Assembly (NCBI GenBank): GCA_040876265.1
Contig: JBBDPN010000002.1
Location: 100,818-164,817 of the forward strand
DNA from: Candidatus Woykebacteria bacterium
Lineage (GTDB): Bacteria > Patescibacteriota > Microgenomatia > Woykebacterales > RBG-16-39-9b
DNA: 64,000 nt
Direction: 5' to 3'
Shown here: positions 35,236-45,646 of the stretch, in pieces
Layout: every line of letters begins with the position of its first letter
Numbering within the stretch: the first letter of the stretch is position 1
Made by a program: the position numbers and the translations under genes
Notes under the pieces: model-generated
What the model was told of the DNA's origin: nothing
Database searches by the model: none
What the model saw: the letters and a program-made list of their open reading frames with translations, nothing else

Positions 35236-36003
35236 ATGAAAAAAATCTCTCTACCGAGCGTAACTTTCCTAATCTTATCATTGATTGGCCTTATCTTTCT
35301 TCATCAGAAGGTGGCGGCCCAAGAAGTTTTCGTCGGATCGCTTATTAATGATAATAAAACGCTATCCAGCATATCATTTACAGGTCTGAAGCCTGGTCAC
35401 TACTACATAGTTGAGCTGACTGGAAGATGGGGTGAAAGAGACTATTTGGAAGGAACAGACGATAAGCAACTCCACCTGGCCAGTAGTAGTGGAGTAGTCA
35501 AGATAGGGTCGATATGTGAAAACGGAGAAGGTGACAGGGACAACTGCGGCGAGGAGTTCCATTCAGGTGATTACAATATGAGAGTACTTGAGTTTAATGG
35601 CACTCCAACTAGCCTTCGAATTGATGATCAGTGGGATCAGATAGGAGCTGTAGTAACCGCTTATTCCTTTAATGTGGACGAGGATGGCAACGTTGGCGAC
35701 GTTGTTGAGTCGCCAGGTGGTGCTGTAATTGGTGATCCAGACTTAACTCGCGATCCAAATCCAAACGCCAGAGAGGCCGCAAATACATTTCTTGGCTTTG
35801 GCCTTGGGACGGCGGGTGGGATAGCATTCCTGCTGATGGTGTTTGGAGCGTATCGGTTGATATTTGCCGCTGGAAATCCAGAGAGCATTCAGCAGGGTAG
35901 AGAAGTGATCACCGCTGCTATTGCCGGCCTGCTGGTTATTGTCTTTGCGGTGTTTATCCTGCGCTTCCTTGGCTACACTATTCTGAACATTGGAGGTCTC
36001 TGA
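35236..36003 (+). CDS. exported protein with C-terminal VirB2/TrbC-like pilin module
   Basis: signal peptide; C-terminal TM-GNPESIQQGREVITAAIAGLLVIVFA-TM motif shared with the four downstream paralogs. Confidence 0.55.
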   Translation: MKKISLPSVTFLILSLIGLIFLHQKVAAQEVFVGSLINDNKTLSSISFTGLKPGHYYIVELTGRWGERDYLEGTDDKQLHLASSSGVVKIGSICENGEGDRDNCGEEFHSGDYNMRVLEFNGTPTSLRIDDQWDQIGAVVTAYSFNVDEDGNVGDVVESPGGAVIGDPDLTRDPNPNAREAANTFLGFGLGTAGGIAFLLMVFGAYRLIFAAGNPESIQQGREVITAAIAGLLVIVFAVFILRFLGYTILNIGGL

Positions 36004-36609
36004 ATGGACGACTGGTTTGGAGTTAGTGGTGGTGCGAATTTTTCAAACATAGGTGAGGCTATTTCTTTACTTCTACTGCCTATCTTCACTTTGGCGGGGA
36101 TGATCGCCCTTCTTTTTGTTATGTGGGGAGGGCTACGCTATATGCTTTCCCGTGGCGATCCAAAGGCTGCCGAGGCGGCCCGCGGTACTTTGACCAGCGC
36201 GATAATTGGGCTTCTGATAGTGCTTTTTTCAGCGGCTATTTTTGTTATTTTTGCAGACATCCTAAGGATTGATATTTTCGTCGGTGCTGTACCGACAGCG
36301 CAAGCAGCTGTATCTATCGGTGACACGGTACGGTTGGGTGGTGGCCTTCGAATAGGGTTCTTTCAGAACATCGGCCAAGTGTTTTCCGGATTTGTCTTGT
36401 TAGCACTGGCGGCCGCAGCCCTGATTTTTCTGGGGATGATGATCTGGGGTGGTATTCGCTACCTAAATGCTGGTGGCAACCCGGAAAATGCTGAATCTGC
36501 CCGTAGCACCCTCACCAGCGCCGGAATCGGTCTATTGATTATTGTAGCTGCTTTCCTGATAATAGAACTAGCAACTAACGTGATCGGGCTAGCCAGCATC
36601 TTTAATTAA
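36004..36609 (+). CDS. tandem-duplicated VirB2/TrbC-like pilin protein (two pilin modules)
   Basis: two copies of TM-G(D/N)P(K/E)..(A/S)AR.TLTSA.IGLLI-TM. Confidence 0.55.
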   Translation: MDDWFGVSGGANFSNIGEAISLLLLPIFTLAGMIALLFVMWGGLRYMLSRGDPKAAEAARGTLTSAIIGLLIVLFSAAIFVIFADILRIDIFVGAVPTAQAAVSIGDTVRLGGGLRIGFFQNIGQVFSGFVLLALAAAALIFLGMMIWGGIRYLNAGGNPENAESARSTLTSAGIGLLIIVAAFLIIELATNVIGLASIFN

Positions 36610-36611
36610 TT

Positions 36612-36920
36612 ATGGGGCCTTCTGTAGGAAAAATAGCCTTACCATCACTGGCTTTTCTAAACATCGGCGGTATCGTGGGTAATTTACTTACCATTGCTTT
36701 TTTTGCCGCTGCTTTATTTTTTCTTATCCAAGTTGCTATCGGTGGTATATCGTGGATAAACGCCGGCGGTGATCCCAAAACCCTTGAAGCAGCTCGTGGC
36801 CGGATTACGAACGCCGTAATTGGCATTGTAATTGTTGCCGCCGCTTTTGCAATCACTATCATCGTCACCACAGCTCTGGGAATAAATATTTTTAAAGCCG
36901 GTGGCATCACTATACCTTAA
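36612..36920 (+). CDS. VirB2/TrbC-like pilin paralog
   Basis: GGDPKTLEAARGRITNAVIGIVIVAAAF motif between two TM helices. Confidence 0.55.
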   Translation: MGPSVGKIALPSLAFLNIGGIVGNLLTIAFFAAALFFLIQVAIGGISWINAGGDPKTLEAARGRITNAVIGIVIVAAAFAITIIVTTALGINIFKAGGITIP

Positions 36921-36992
36921 AGAACCGCTTGCATTGCTTGTTTACTTTTGTATAAAATAATAGGAGGAGGTGAGTTTTAAAAGAAAGACGTT

Positions 36993-37376
36993 ATGAAAAA
37001 AATATTAACTGCCGCTACTTCGCTAGGATTTTTACTTTCATCGGCTGCACCAGCACTTGCAGCTGAGTTTACATTTGTAGGGGACGTGCCGTTTAGAAAT
37101 CTTGGGGAGCTGCTTGGAAATCTGTTAATCCTTATCTTCGCCGGTGCCGCTATTTTGGCCTTTATCTTTATTGTCATCGGGGGCTTGCAGTGGATAACCG
37201 CTGGGGGTGACAAAATGGCTGCTCAGTCCGCTCGAGATAGGATTACCGCTGCGGTCGTCGGTCTAGTAATTATCGTCGCCGCGTTTGCGTTGACTCTGAT
37301 CATCACCACTGTACTTGGTGTAAACATATTCGAAGGGACCATTGTCTTCCCAGAGCCAGAAACACCGGTATTCTAG
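36993..37376 (+). CDS. VirB2/TrbC-like pilin paralog with signal peptide
   Basis: signal peptide AAPALA; GGDKMAAQSARDRITAAVVGLVIIVAAF. Confidence 0.55.
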   Translation: MKKILTAATSLGFLLSSAAPALAAEFTFVGDVPFRNLGELLGNLLILIFAGAAILAFIFIVIGGLQWITAGGDKMAAQSARDRITAAVVGLVIIVAAFALTLIITTVLGVNIFEGTIVFPEPETPVF

Positions 37377-37401
37377 AACCAAATTGACGCCGATTTCTTG
37401 A

Positions 37402-37776
37402 TTGGTTAAAATCTATTTAATGAGGATAAAGGTTTTATGTATCGTTTTTTCCTTTTTACTTTTTCCTTTTTACTTTACCAACGCTTCCTCTGTTTTCGCC
37501 CAAGAGCCAGCTACTCTTCAGGACCTTGAAACCGTCTTCCGAAGTGTAATCACTTGGGTTGCCGTAATAGGTGGCTTTCTAGCCTTTATCGCCATAATAA
37601 TCGGGGGATTTAAATATATTGTGGCTCGGGGTGATCCAAAGGCAGTTTCTAGCGCTCAAAATACCATTACCTGGGCGGTGATTGGCCTAGTACTGATCAT
37701 TGTAGCCTGGCTCGTACTAGTGGCTATTTCTCAATTCACCGAACAGAACGTCAGGGTATTCGATATTCCATTTTAG
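37402..37776 (+). CDS. VirB2/TrbC-like pilin paralog with signal peptide
   Basis: signal peptide SVFA; RGDPKAVSSAQNTITWAVIGLVLIIVAW. Confidence 0.55.
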   Translation: MVKIYLMRIKVLCIVFSFLLFPFYFTNASSVFAQEPATLQDLETVFRSVITWVAVIGGFLAFIAIIIGGFKYIVARGDPKAVSSAQNTITWAVIGLVLIIVAWLVLVAISQFTEQNVRVFDIPF

Positions 37777-37836
37777 GCAGATGGTTTACGAATACAATTG
37801 TTAGGTTATTGAAAAATTCGTATGCAGAATATTTTA

Positions 37837-38811
37837 CTATTTAGTCACAGCTTGCACGATTGTTTTTATCTCAACTCGTTCCCCCCGGTCCCCAAAAGTA
37901 AAACCCTCTGCGAAGTACACCGGCCGGAGATATTTATCTTTGTTCGTCAGTAAGTAAGTGAGCTTGATATCAGTGTATCTGACCCTAATAGTTTTAGTTA
38001 GTATCGGGATTGGCCCCCCAATACCAACTATTGTCCCAGAACCCTTCTCTAATTCTTCCCTGACCTCCTCGATAGATTTTATTTTGTAGGTAGATTGATC
38101 GGAAAATTTCAGGGGCTGCAAACTAGCTTTTATCTTTACGATACTATTATCGACAGCTATCCAAATTTGGATTGTATCTTGAATCCCTCCCTCGTTTATT
38201 ACTTCATAATCGCCAGCCGCTTTGCTAAAACTAAATGAATATGTATCAAATTTCTCCTCCCCTTCTACCACCGTTGCCTCAAGTCTACCGGCCACTAACA
38301 AGCGCTCTCTATCTTCCAACTTTATATTCGCCACGTCCCCAATCAAGTTTAGACCCTTTAAAGTCTGTTCCGCCTTTACCGTTGCGTCTCCTTCAGAGAT
38401 AGTAGATTTCTTGATAGGTTTTATATTTGTATAAGTAAATTCCGCTGTAACCGGATCAAATCTTAGATTTTTTGTTTTTTCGCTCCAAACCCTCTGGCCG
38501 CTAATTTCTTTTTCAGAGCTATCAAAGCCAAGCTTCTCTACAATAGTTTCTAAATCAACTGCCGACGCGTTTACATAAACATTCATTACCTCTGGGGTCT
38601 TTCCCTTCGTTCTTACGTCCGAAGCGGTTCCCTCTACGTCAATTTCTTTCGTAAGAGCTGATTTTATTTGTATGGGTTCTAGTTTACCAAACTTTTCTTC
38701 AGCTGCCGGCCCTCTGGACAACCACCAGTAACCGGTAAAAACTACCGTGATAAGGAACAGTGCTGGGATAGACCAATTTTTAATTATTGTCTGGAAATTT
38801 TTTAAACTCAT
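37837..38811 (-). CDS. hypothetical membrane-anchored extracellular protein
   Basis: N-terminal TM anchor, beta-rich soluble domain; overlaps downstream M23 gene by 4 nt. Confidence 0.4.
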   Translation of the reverse strand: MSLKNFQTIIKNWSIPALFLITVVFTGYWWLSRGPAAEEKFGKLEPIQIKSALTKEIDVEGTASDVRTKGKTPEVMNVYVNASAVDLETIVEKLGFDSSEKEISGQRVWSEKTKNLRFDPVTAEFTYTNIKPIKKSTISEGDATVKAEQTLKGLNLIGDVANIKLEDRERLLVAGRLEATVVEGEEKFDTYSFSFSKAAGDYEVINEGGIQDTIQIWIAVDNSIVKIKASLQPLKFSDQSTYKIKSIEEVREELEKGSGTIVGIGGPIPILTKTIRVRYTDIKLTYLLTNKDKYLRPVYFAEGFTFGDRGERVEIKTIVQAVTK

Positions 38812-40013
38812 GGGTGAGGCTTCAATGCACCATAATCTTTAGGATCAACTAGTGATCCTGATAATTCTAGCTCATAATGTACGTGGCTTCCCAAGGAAGC
38901 GCCAGTATCATCCATAATCGCCAGCGGTGTGCTTGTATTCACTACATCACCAACACCCACGGTGACCGATCCTCTCTGCAAATGCGCAAAAAGAGCTTTG
39001 AAGGGGCCGCTGGATAGCTCGATCCTTTGACCGTAGCAGTTACCGCACTCACCATCATCGTGGACAACAGTTACCGTTGCCAGGCCGGAGAAGGGCGAAT
39101 AAACGTTCCAATCTCCGCCAGTTGTGGCAATATCAATACCCTCATGGACATAATAATTTCCAGGGCAGTAGGTGCTACCAGGATTTGGTGTACCGGTTGG
39201 CCAAAAATCACTTCCCGAACAATATACCGCCTTAAGTGGTGCATAGGCTGGCGGCCCTTCCGGAGGATCCCCGATAATTACTGTACCGGTACCTTCTCCT
39301 GGTGTCAGCTGCCCATCCAGATTTCCCTCAACAGTAACATCATTAGAATATATAATATCCATATCTGTAGGGACAGTACAGTCAATGTCTCTAGTGTCGC
39401 TTTCTCCTGCAGCTAATTGCGAGATAGTATAGCTAGTACCAGCGCATTGAGGATCGACTACTTGAATATTGGTCACGTCGGACTCCCCCTCATTTGTTAC
39501 TACGATCGTGTAGGTAACAACCGCCGTGGAACCCGCCGGTCCCAAAGGTAGGGAAGCTACGTTGGGCGTTTTTTGAACGGCTAACACGCTGCCAGCTTCA
39601 GCTTCGGGTATACCACCGACAATAACCATGATAAAAACGCTAATAATAACCACTATAAAAACGATTACAATAACGATAGGTATGAGTATAAGTGCCGCTA
39701 TCACTCCTAGAGCGATTGCGGCTTTTTTAACAACCCCTTGCAGGTATTTTAGCGGGTGGCGAACAGCCTGAAAGGCCTGATCAGCTACCTCGGCGGCGAT
39801 AGCAGCTTCCGGACCAGCAGCGGCGGCGGCCTTTTTTAATCCTTCTTTGGCTACTTGCTTACCACCCTGCTTAACTGCCTCCTTTCCTGCCTGTTTACCG
39901 GCCTCCTTGCCGGCCATTTTCCCGCCTAGTTTTTCACCAGCTTTACGAGCACCATGTCGACCTAGTTGGTCTGCTCCAGATTCTTGTTCTGACTTTTCTT
40001 CTTCCTCGGCCAT
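38808..40013 (-). CDS. M23-family metallopeptidase with N-terminal Lys/Ala-rich repeats and TM segment
   Basis: C-terminal HEGIDIAT...GSHVHYELE M23 motifs; AGKEAGKQAGKEAVKQGGKQ repeats. Confidence 0.7.
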   Translation of the reverse strand: MAEEEEKSEQESGADQLGRHGARKAGEKLGGKMAGKEAGKQAGKEAVKQGGKQVAKEGLKKAAAAAGPEAAIAAEVADQAFQAVRHPLKYLQGVVKKAAIALGVIAALILIPIVIVIVFIVVIISVFIMVIVGGIPEAEAGSVLAVQKTPNVASLPLGPAGSTAVVTYTIVVTNEGESDVTNIQVVDPQCAGTSYTISQLAAGESDTRDIDCTVPTDMDIIYSNDVTVEGNLDGQLTPGEGTGTVIIGDPPEGPPAYAPLKAVYCSGSDFWPTGTPNPGSTYCPGNYYVHEGIDIATTGGDWNVYSPFSGLATVTVVHDDGECGNCYGQRIELSSGPFKALFAHLQRGSVTVGVGDVVNTSTPLAIMDDTGASLGSHVHYELELSGSLVDPKDYGALKPHP

Positions 40014-40112
40014 AGGCAGTACTTAAATATGTTTTACTCTTATTAACTTTATTCTAAGTCTACAAAGCGGTAACTGCAAGTTTAGGATTTTTGGTTATGA
40101 AAAAATTGACAA

Positions 40113-40145
40113 GCCTCTTCTTTTTCTCCTATACTTAAATAGACC
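40113..40145 (+). promoter_or_regulatory. sigma-70-like promoter TTGACA-18nt-TATACT upstream of VirB6-like gene
   Basis: consensus -35 and near-consensus -10 with 18-nt spacer, ending ~8 nt before ATG region. Confidence 0.4.
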
Positions 40146-40146
40146 T

Positions 40147-42078
40147 ATGTCCCTGCCCATAAAGCTAAAGCAGCTTATACTTGGCATTTTAATAACTGTA
40201 ATATTATTCGCTATTCCGACAGCCGCGCTCGCTCAATCAACTAGAGAGTCACCAGCGGGCGAGGGTGCCCAAACCCAAAATTCACAACCACAATATTATA
40301 TAGTGCCTATCCCAAAGTCTGGTGAGGAGACGGGCATTACCCCGATCCCATTACCAAGCGATGATCCCCGTATCCAACAAGCTGCAATTTGGGATGATCT
40401 TGCTAACGCTTTTGGAGCTATCGCCGGAGGGATAGCTAATATAGCCGGTGATGTGGTTGACTGTGTCCTAAGCGCCCCTACCTGTGTTATGGGCGGTTTG
40501 CTCGGTCTCTTCGATTATGGCATGTCTTCAGTCGAAACTTTTGCACTCAGACAAACCGGGGGTGAAGCTTCAGTTGAAGCAGTCGCTGTAGCAGCATCGG
40601 GTAACCCAGTCGCAATACAGGAATTTTTGGATCGAGTATTAGAGGAGGACAATCCCGCTTCGTTCGGTCTTTTAGGATTTGCGGGTAGTTCCTTACCTAC
40701 TTTATTGGCGATGCCCCTACCGATAAACAGCACGCAGTATGTTGCTTCAATAAATCCGTTTACTACGGCAAACGCGGCTATCGGCGACGGCTTTAATGAT
40801 TTATCTGATTCCAACATAATATTAAATATTTGGACAAAAGTGCGTGACGTGTCGTACATCTTGGCAGTAGCGGTACTGGTGATAATTGGTTTCATGATTA
40901 TGCTGCGGGTCCCCATTGGTCCCAGAAATGTTGTCAGCCTCCAAAACACCTTGCCCAGGATCGCTATCGCCCTTTTGCTCGTTACTTTTAGCTTTACTAT
41001 CTCGGGCGTAATGATAGATTTCGTTAGGTTGCTTCACGGTGTCCTGGACAGCTTAGTTGACGTTCCTATTACTTCTACTGCAGGTCTGCTAGGGTTCTTT
41101 GTTGTCATGATAACATCCTTAACAGGAGCTTTATTCGTTACTGGTGGCTTGGCTTTTGGAGCGATACTTTTTATATTGTTACTCACTCTGCTCCTTGCTA
41201 TTGCTATCTTGATAGTTTTCATCATGATCGCTTTCAAACTTATCACTCGGTACGTTATTTTTCTGCTCTTGACGATCTTTGCTCCTCTCTTTTTTATCTT
41301 CGGGGCTATACCAAAAGCCGAAGGCGCTGTCATCTACTGGTTCCGCCGAGCCGCAGCTGCCTTGGTAGCTATCCCGGTCACTTCCCTGGTCATTCAACTA
41401 TCCTTCGCCATTGGTTTTAGCCCAATAAGCGAGCTTGATTTCTTAGCCATACCGGACTTGGAACTTACCGGTGGTGCAGCCGGAGTCTTCCTATCTTGGA
41501 TATTCCTTGCCCCCGTTATTGGACTAGGTATGTTTTTCTACGCTACAAAGGTCCCGGATATGGTTGACCAGATTTTTGATATTAAGCCTGGCCCCCGCGG
41601 CGGCATCGGACCTGGTATAATGCTCGCACCGATTGCTTTAGCTGGAAAGGGTGTCAGATTGGCTTCTGATTACGGTAGATCCCAACAAGGTGTTGAAGCT
41701 CTAGGAAGAACCAACATACCGATAGTTGCCCCTATCGCTAAGTGGGCAGGGAAAACTTTCTACCCACAGGGACATGCAGGTCGCAATCCCGCTGGGCCTG
41801 CAACTATGAATTTGGAAGGAGACGCCGGCCGAACAGATGTGGATAACCAAGATGGTGGATTTCCACCAGGTCCAGCAGGACCACAGCCAGGTGGTCCACA
41901 AGCAGGTGGTAGTGATAGTGCCGTAACAAACGTCACGCCAGGGAAAGGTGCCACAACCCAACAAGGTGGTTCCAGCACGGATGTCAGCAACAGCAATATC
42001 GGCAATCGTGTTGCGAACCTTGAAGGTAGGTCAGCGGAACTTGAAAAAAAGGTCAACAAGGGTACTAAAAAAACATAA
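40147..42078 (+). CDS. polytopic membrane protein, VirB6/TrbL-like topology (signal peptide, large extracytoplasmic domain, 5-6 TM, Gly/Pro-rich tail)
   Basis: topology and position in T4SS-like locus; no strong sequence motif. Confidence 0.35.
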   Translation: MSLPIKLKQLILGILITVILFAIPTAALAQSTRESPAGEGAQTQNSQPQYYIVPIPKSGEETGITPIPLPSDDPRIQQAAIWDDLANAFGAIAGGIANIAGDVVDCVLSAPTCVMGGLLGLFDYGMSSVETFALRQTGGEASVEAVAVAASGNPVAIQEFLDRVLEEDNPASFGLLGFAGSSLPTLLAMPLPINSTQYVASINPFTTANAAIGDGFNDLSDSNIILNIWTKVRDVSYILAVAVLVIIGFMIMLRVPIGPRNVVSLQNTLPRIAIALLLVTFSFTISGVMIDFVRLLHGVLDSLVDVPITSTAGLLGFFVVMITSLTGALFVTGGLAFGAILFILLLTLLLAIAILIVFIMIAFKLITRYVIFLLLTIFAPLFFIFGAIPKAEGAVIYWFRRAAAALVAIPVTSLVIQLSFAIGFSPISELDFLAIPDLELTGGAAGVFLSWIFLAPVIGLGMFFYATKVPDMVDQIFDIKPGPRGGIGPGIMLAPIALAGKGVRLASDYGRSQQGVEALGRTNIPIVAPIAKWAGKTFYPQGHAGRNPAGPATMNLEGDAGRTDVDNQDGGFPPGPAGPQPGGPQAGGSDSAVTNVTPGKGATTQQGGSSTDVSNSNIGNRVANLEGRSAELEKKVNKGTKKT

Positions 42079-42140
42079 ATTGCCCAAAAAGAAAGGGCCG
42101 TAAGCTGCGGGTAAACGCTAGCTTCGGCCCTTTCACCGCT

Positions 42141-45020
42141 TTACGCGGTGAGTAGCTGGTTCTTGCTGGTGAAGAACACAGCCCTAATCGCTCGTATCTT
42201 TTCCCTCCTTTCGTACTCAGGTAGAGCGGCGTAGAGACCCATGAGGTCGGTCTCGAGCTGCGGCCAATCCTCCGGCCCCATGTTGATGATGCGCGTAGCC
42301 AACTCGCTGCCAGGCTGTGGATCCGTCCCGAATCCTGCGTAGGCGTGGATCCACTCCGCTATCTGAGCTATGTTGGTCAGCAGAACCATTTTTCCTTGGG
42401 TGCGGCCTTCCTGAGTCAGGTTCTTGCTGGTCGCCCAGTGCCATCCAACCCTACGACTGAGCAACACATTCCTCGCCCACTGCATGTCATCCTCACCGTT
42501 CCAGGGCTGATCTTCCTGGACCTCGGCCTTGCCATGTAGAGCGTCGTAGACCGGGTTCAGATAAGACATGAAGCCCAAAGCCATGTACTGGCTCTGACCC
42601 CAGGCATCGTCTCCCGTACGACCCGCGATACCGTGAGCCGCCCATTTGCCAAAGATGCTGCCAGTGAAGGCGCGGCTGTTGTAGATGTAGAACATTTCAG
42701 CCGCTCGGTCCCTCATCCACAAGGTTGCCCGACGTCGGTGGAGGTTGGTCACGTACTCGTTGTCGGGACGCCCGTGACGGATGTCGGGCATGCCGTGGCT
42801 CTCCTTTGCCACAACACTAATGGTGTCGTGGATCCGGTTGAGCTCGGCTTCGCTGTGCTCCTCCTCGACACGCTGTGCAAATGGTTGGCTGGGTTGGTTG
42901 CGCCAGAGCTCGTACAGGAAACCCTTGTAGTAGTTGCCCACCTCCTCCATCGGCCTCCAGAATACGTAGCCCATGGTGAGGAAGTCGCCCTGTCCGTTGG
43001 CTATGGCCTGGTTGTAGGTCTCCTCGCTCATGTGACAGTAGGCACGGATGGCCTCGTCTCCCACGACCCGACGATAGATCTCCAAGACCCGAGGTCCGTC
43101 GGGGGTTTTCATGTTGATGCCCCCTTGGGTGGGGTCGAGGATCAACCGGTGGATAAGCCTTTCCGGAAGCCTGGGTGCCCCGTCGGATTCGTATCCCCAG
43201 AGCGAGTCCATGGGATCGAAGCCGAAGTACTCCCAAAGGGCCGCTAGTTGATGGAAGTCTGTCGGCAAGGGTGCCCCCGCCACCAGCTTCGTGAACTCGT
43301 CGAAGTCCATGTTGGACCAGGCGAGCTTGGTGATGAAGCCCCTGTCCGGATCGGTTGATCCGTGCCAGAATCCGTAGTAGGGGAGGTAGAACTCTGCGTC
43401 ACCGAGACCTCGTTCTGCCAAACCCCCGATGTGGGACAGGTACCAGTCGCTCACCGCCTTCGCTAGGTCGCCGAGGCGCAGCATACCTATGTTTTGCTCC
43501 CTCTTTTGACCACTCCGCTGTTTCTTGTGGGACTGCGCCTTGCCGTCCATGACATGGCTTTCCGCGGATCTCTCCAGAGCCAGGTCTGAAGCAGAGTGTG
43601 ATGGACCGATGTTCCACCATTCACAATACTCCAGCTCCAAATTCTGGGTCGGATCATCAGAAGGTCTGCGGGACAAGACACTAAAGAATCGTTTCCACAG
43701 GGATCTCTGGACCCGACTGGGTTCTTGCTTCACTCGGCGCCTGGAGGGGAGGATTGCCTCAGCCATCCGCTCGGAGTCCGAGACGATGCCGTGGGCGACG
43801 TCCCGTACTGGGTAGTAGATGCCGTAGACGTCACGGTAGTGGTTTGGGTGGGGATCGAAGTTGAGCCGACCGTAGCCCTGGTTGAGCTCAAAGAGCTCCT
43901 GTACCTGAGCTTTTGTCCGTATCAACGGACCGTACATTGCTTCACGAGCTTCTTCGATCTTCGCCAACTTCTCGTCGTCGTAAAGCGGCTCCTCCTCACC
44001 GGTCAGTGGATTTCTGACAAGTGGGTTTGGAGTTTCGATCAGCTTCGGTTGGTAGTAGTTTCCGTCCGCTTCGTAGATCGGCATCCCATCTGAATCTAGC
44101 TCCATGAGACGAGTCGGGTTGGCTACTGTACCGTGTCGTCGGTTGGCGTGGTAGTCCACCTGGACGTTGTTGGGATCGTAGTTTCGAGGATCCTCCGCAG
44201 CCCCGCTTTGGATCAGCACTTCTGCGTAGTTGAAGGTGATCAACTGCTCGGTAGGGTTATATGGCACCCAATCTGTGAACTTCTCGCTCAGCCACTTTCC
44301 TGGGGGGTTACCGGCGGCTCTCCACAGGAACTCCTTGATGCGAAGCTCCATGATCTGCTCCAACGGAACGCCCTTGAGTTCTGGGTTCATGGCCCAGTAA
44401 AGCTCCACCACTTTGGGCTCCCAAGGAGTGGTGATGAGCGAAAAGTCGTAGTCATCCCTGGGCACGAAGAAGGGAACCCAACGACGGATTTCAACACGCT
44501 CCTCGTGACATTTGAGATCGTGCATAAGTCCGCCGAACCTTGCTAAGAGGGTCCACCACCGACTCTTCGAGAGTTTCTGGAGCTCCTTTGGCTGGAGTAT
44601 ATTCACCGGCTCCAGGGACTTGTTTCCCTCATCATCCACCACAATGCGGTGGACAACGGAGATCACCGAGTCAACCAGCAAGATTGGCTTGTGAAAGTAC
44701 TCGGTGAGAGTTCTAGGAAAACGGTCCTCTGGCATCGGTAGTACACCAGGGCTTGGCATGACATTCGCGTAGCGGTGTAGTTCCTGCCTGGGTAACTCCT
44801 GCTTCCTGGACTCGTTCGCCACAGCCAAGTTGAGCTGGGGAACAGTTACGGCCGCACTGCGGTCTCCAGGTCGACCCATAACCTGAGAGACCATACCCGC
44901 CCTTAGGTAAGTGGCCAGAGGCGTGCGCCCACCTACTGATGTCGACGGAGCAGCAAAAGCCTCTTCACGCTGTTGCCTCAACCTCTCCAATCGCTGTTCG
45001 CGAGTTTCCTCCTGAGCCAT
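42141..45020 (-). CDS. large orphan protein (959 aa), GC-rich gene (~59% GC), W/Y/F-rich, no signal peptide
   Basis: long uninterrupted ORF with strong GC3 bias unlike neighbours; many shadow ORFs on both strands; no Walker or HUH motifs recognised. Confidence 0.6.
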   Translation of the reverse strand: MAQEETREQRLERLRQQREEAFAAPSTSVGGRTPLATYLRAGMVSQVMGRPGDRSAAVTVPQLNLAVANESRKQELPRQELHRYANVMPSPGVLPMPEDRFPRTLTEYFHKPILLVDSVISVVHRIVVDDEGNKSLEPVNILQPKELQKLSKSRWWTLLARFGGLMHDLKCHEERVEIRRWVPFFVPRDDYDFSLITTPWEPKVVELYWAMNPELKGVPLEQIMELRIKEFLWRAAGNPPGKWLSEKFTDWVPYNPTEQLITFNYAEVLIQSGAAEDPRNYDPNNVQVDYHANRRHGTVANPTRLMELDSDGMPIYEADGNYYQPKLIETPNPLVRNPLTGEEEPLYDDEKLAKIEEAREAMYGPLIRTKAQVQELFELNQGYGRLNFDPHPNHYRDVYGIYYPVRDVAHGIVSDSERMAEAILPSRRRVKQEPSRVQRSLWKRFFSVLSRRPSDDPTQNLELEYCEWWNIGPSHSASDLALERSAESHVMDGKAQSHKKQRSGQKREQNIGMLRLGDLAKAVSDWYLSHIGGLAERGLGDAEFYLPYYGFWHGSTDPDRGFITKLAWSNMDFDEFTKLVAGAPLPTDFHQLAALWEYFGFDPMDSLWGYESDGAPRLPERLIHRLILDPTQGGINMKTPDGPRVLEIYRRVVGDEAIRAYCHMSEETYNQAIANGQGDFLTMGYVFWRPMEEVGNYYKGFLYELWRNQPSQPFAQRVEEEHSEAELNRIHDTISVVAKESHGMPDIRHGRPDNEYVTNLHRRRATLWMRDRAAEMFYIYNSRAFTGSIFGKWAAHGIAGRTGDDAWGQSQYMALGFMSYLNPVYDALHGKAEVQEDQPWNGEDDMQWARNVLLSRRVGWHWATSKNLTQEGRTQGKMVLLTNIAQIAEWIHAYAGFGTDPQPGSELATRIINMGPEDWPQLETDLMGLYAALPEYERREKIRAIRAVFFTSKNQLLTA

Positions 45021-45646
45021 TTCTAATTCCTCCTATTATTTTGGCCTTACGGCCACTGGATGGATTTCTCCACCCTGTGTGGCCTCGGCCAAAACACAGG
45101 GGGAGGATTTGCACGATATTTTGTTTTTCGTGCTATTAAGTTGTTCGACCCCCTCTTTGGAGGGCTCACCCTAGTCTCAATAATTTAAGACCAAAATGAG
45201 CACCCCAATTTGGGAAATTTTCAACTTTTTTGTTAATGTTCTTTTTCCTAAAAAGAAAGTGGGCTCTGGTGACAAATCTTGTTTGCTACCAAAGCCCACC
45301 TCCCAAGGGGGTCCTTACAATACACTTACCCCGGCGGGCTTTGTGCGAAAATATCTAGATCAATAAGCTTATTTTTCATTGGAAAAAAGTATACCAGAGA
45401 TGAAGCTAGATGTCAATCCTATAGTCTCCTACATATTTTCGAGATTTGCGGGCTCCTTAATTTCTTAAGTATTCTCGGATACTGCGCTAGGCAACTCCTC
45501 CCTAGCTAAGCACCATCATTAGATGAGACCAAACTACTATATAAATTGCACCTAAATGTTGGTACGATGACTATCCGATTAAGCTAATTCCCCACTCCTA
45601 ATTAGCTGTTGTTTTTTTATTTATTTAGAGTTATTATCGGGGATAT

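Noticed and set aside
42217-44694. Eleven additional ORFs of 60-204 aa on both strands inside 42.2-44.7 kb
   Set aside because: All nested within the 959-aa GC-rich gene; R/G/P-rich off-frame artefacts. The long frame is the only one with protein-like composition
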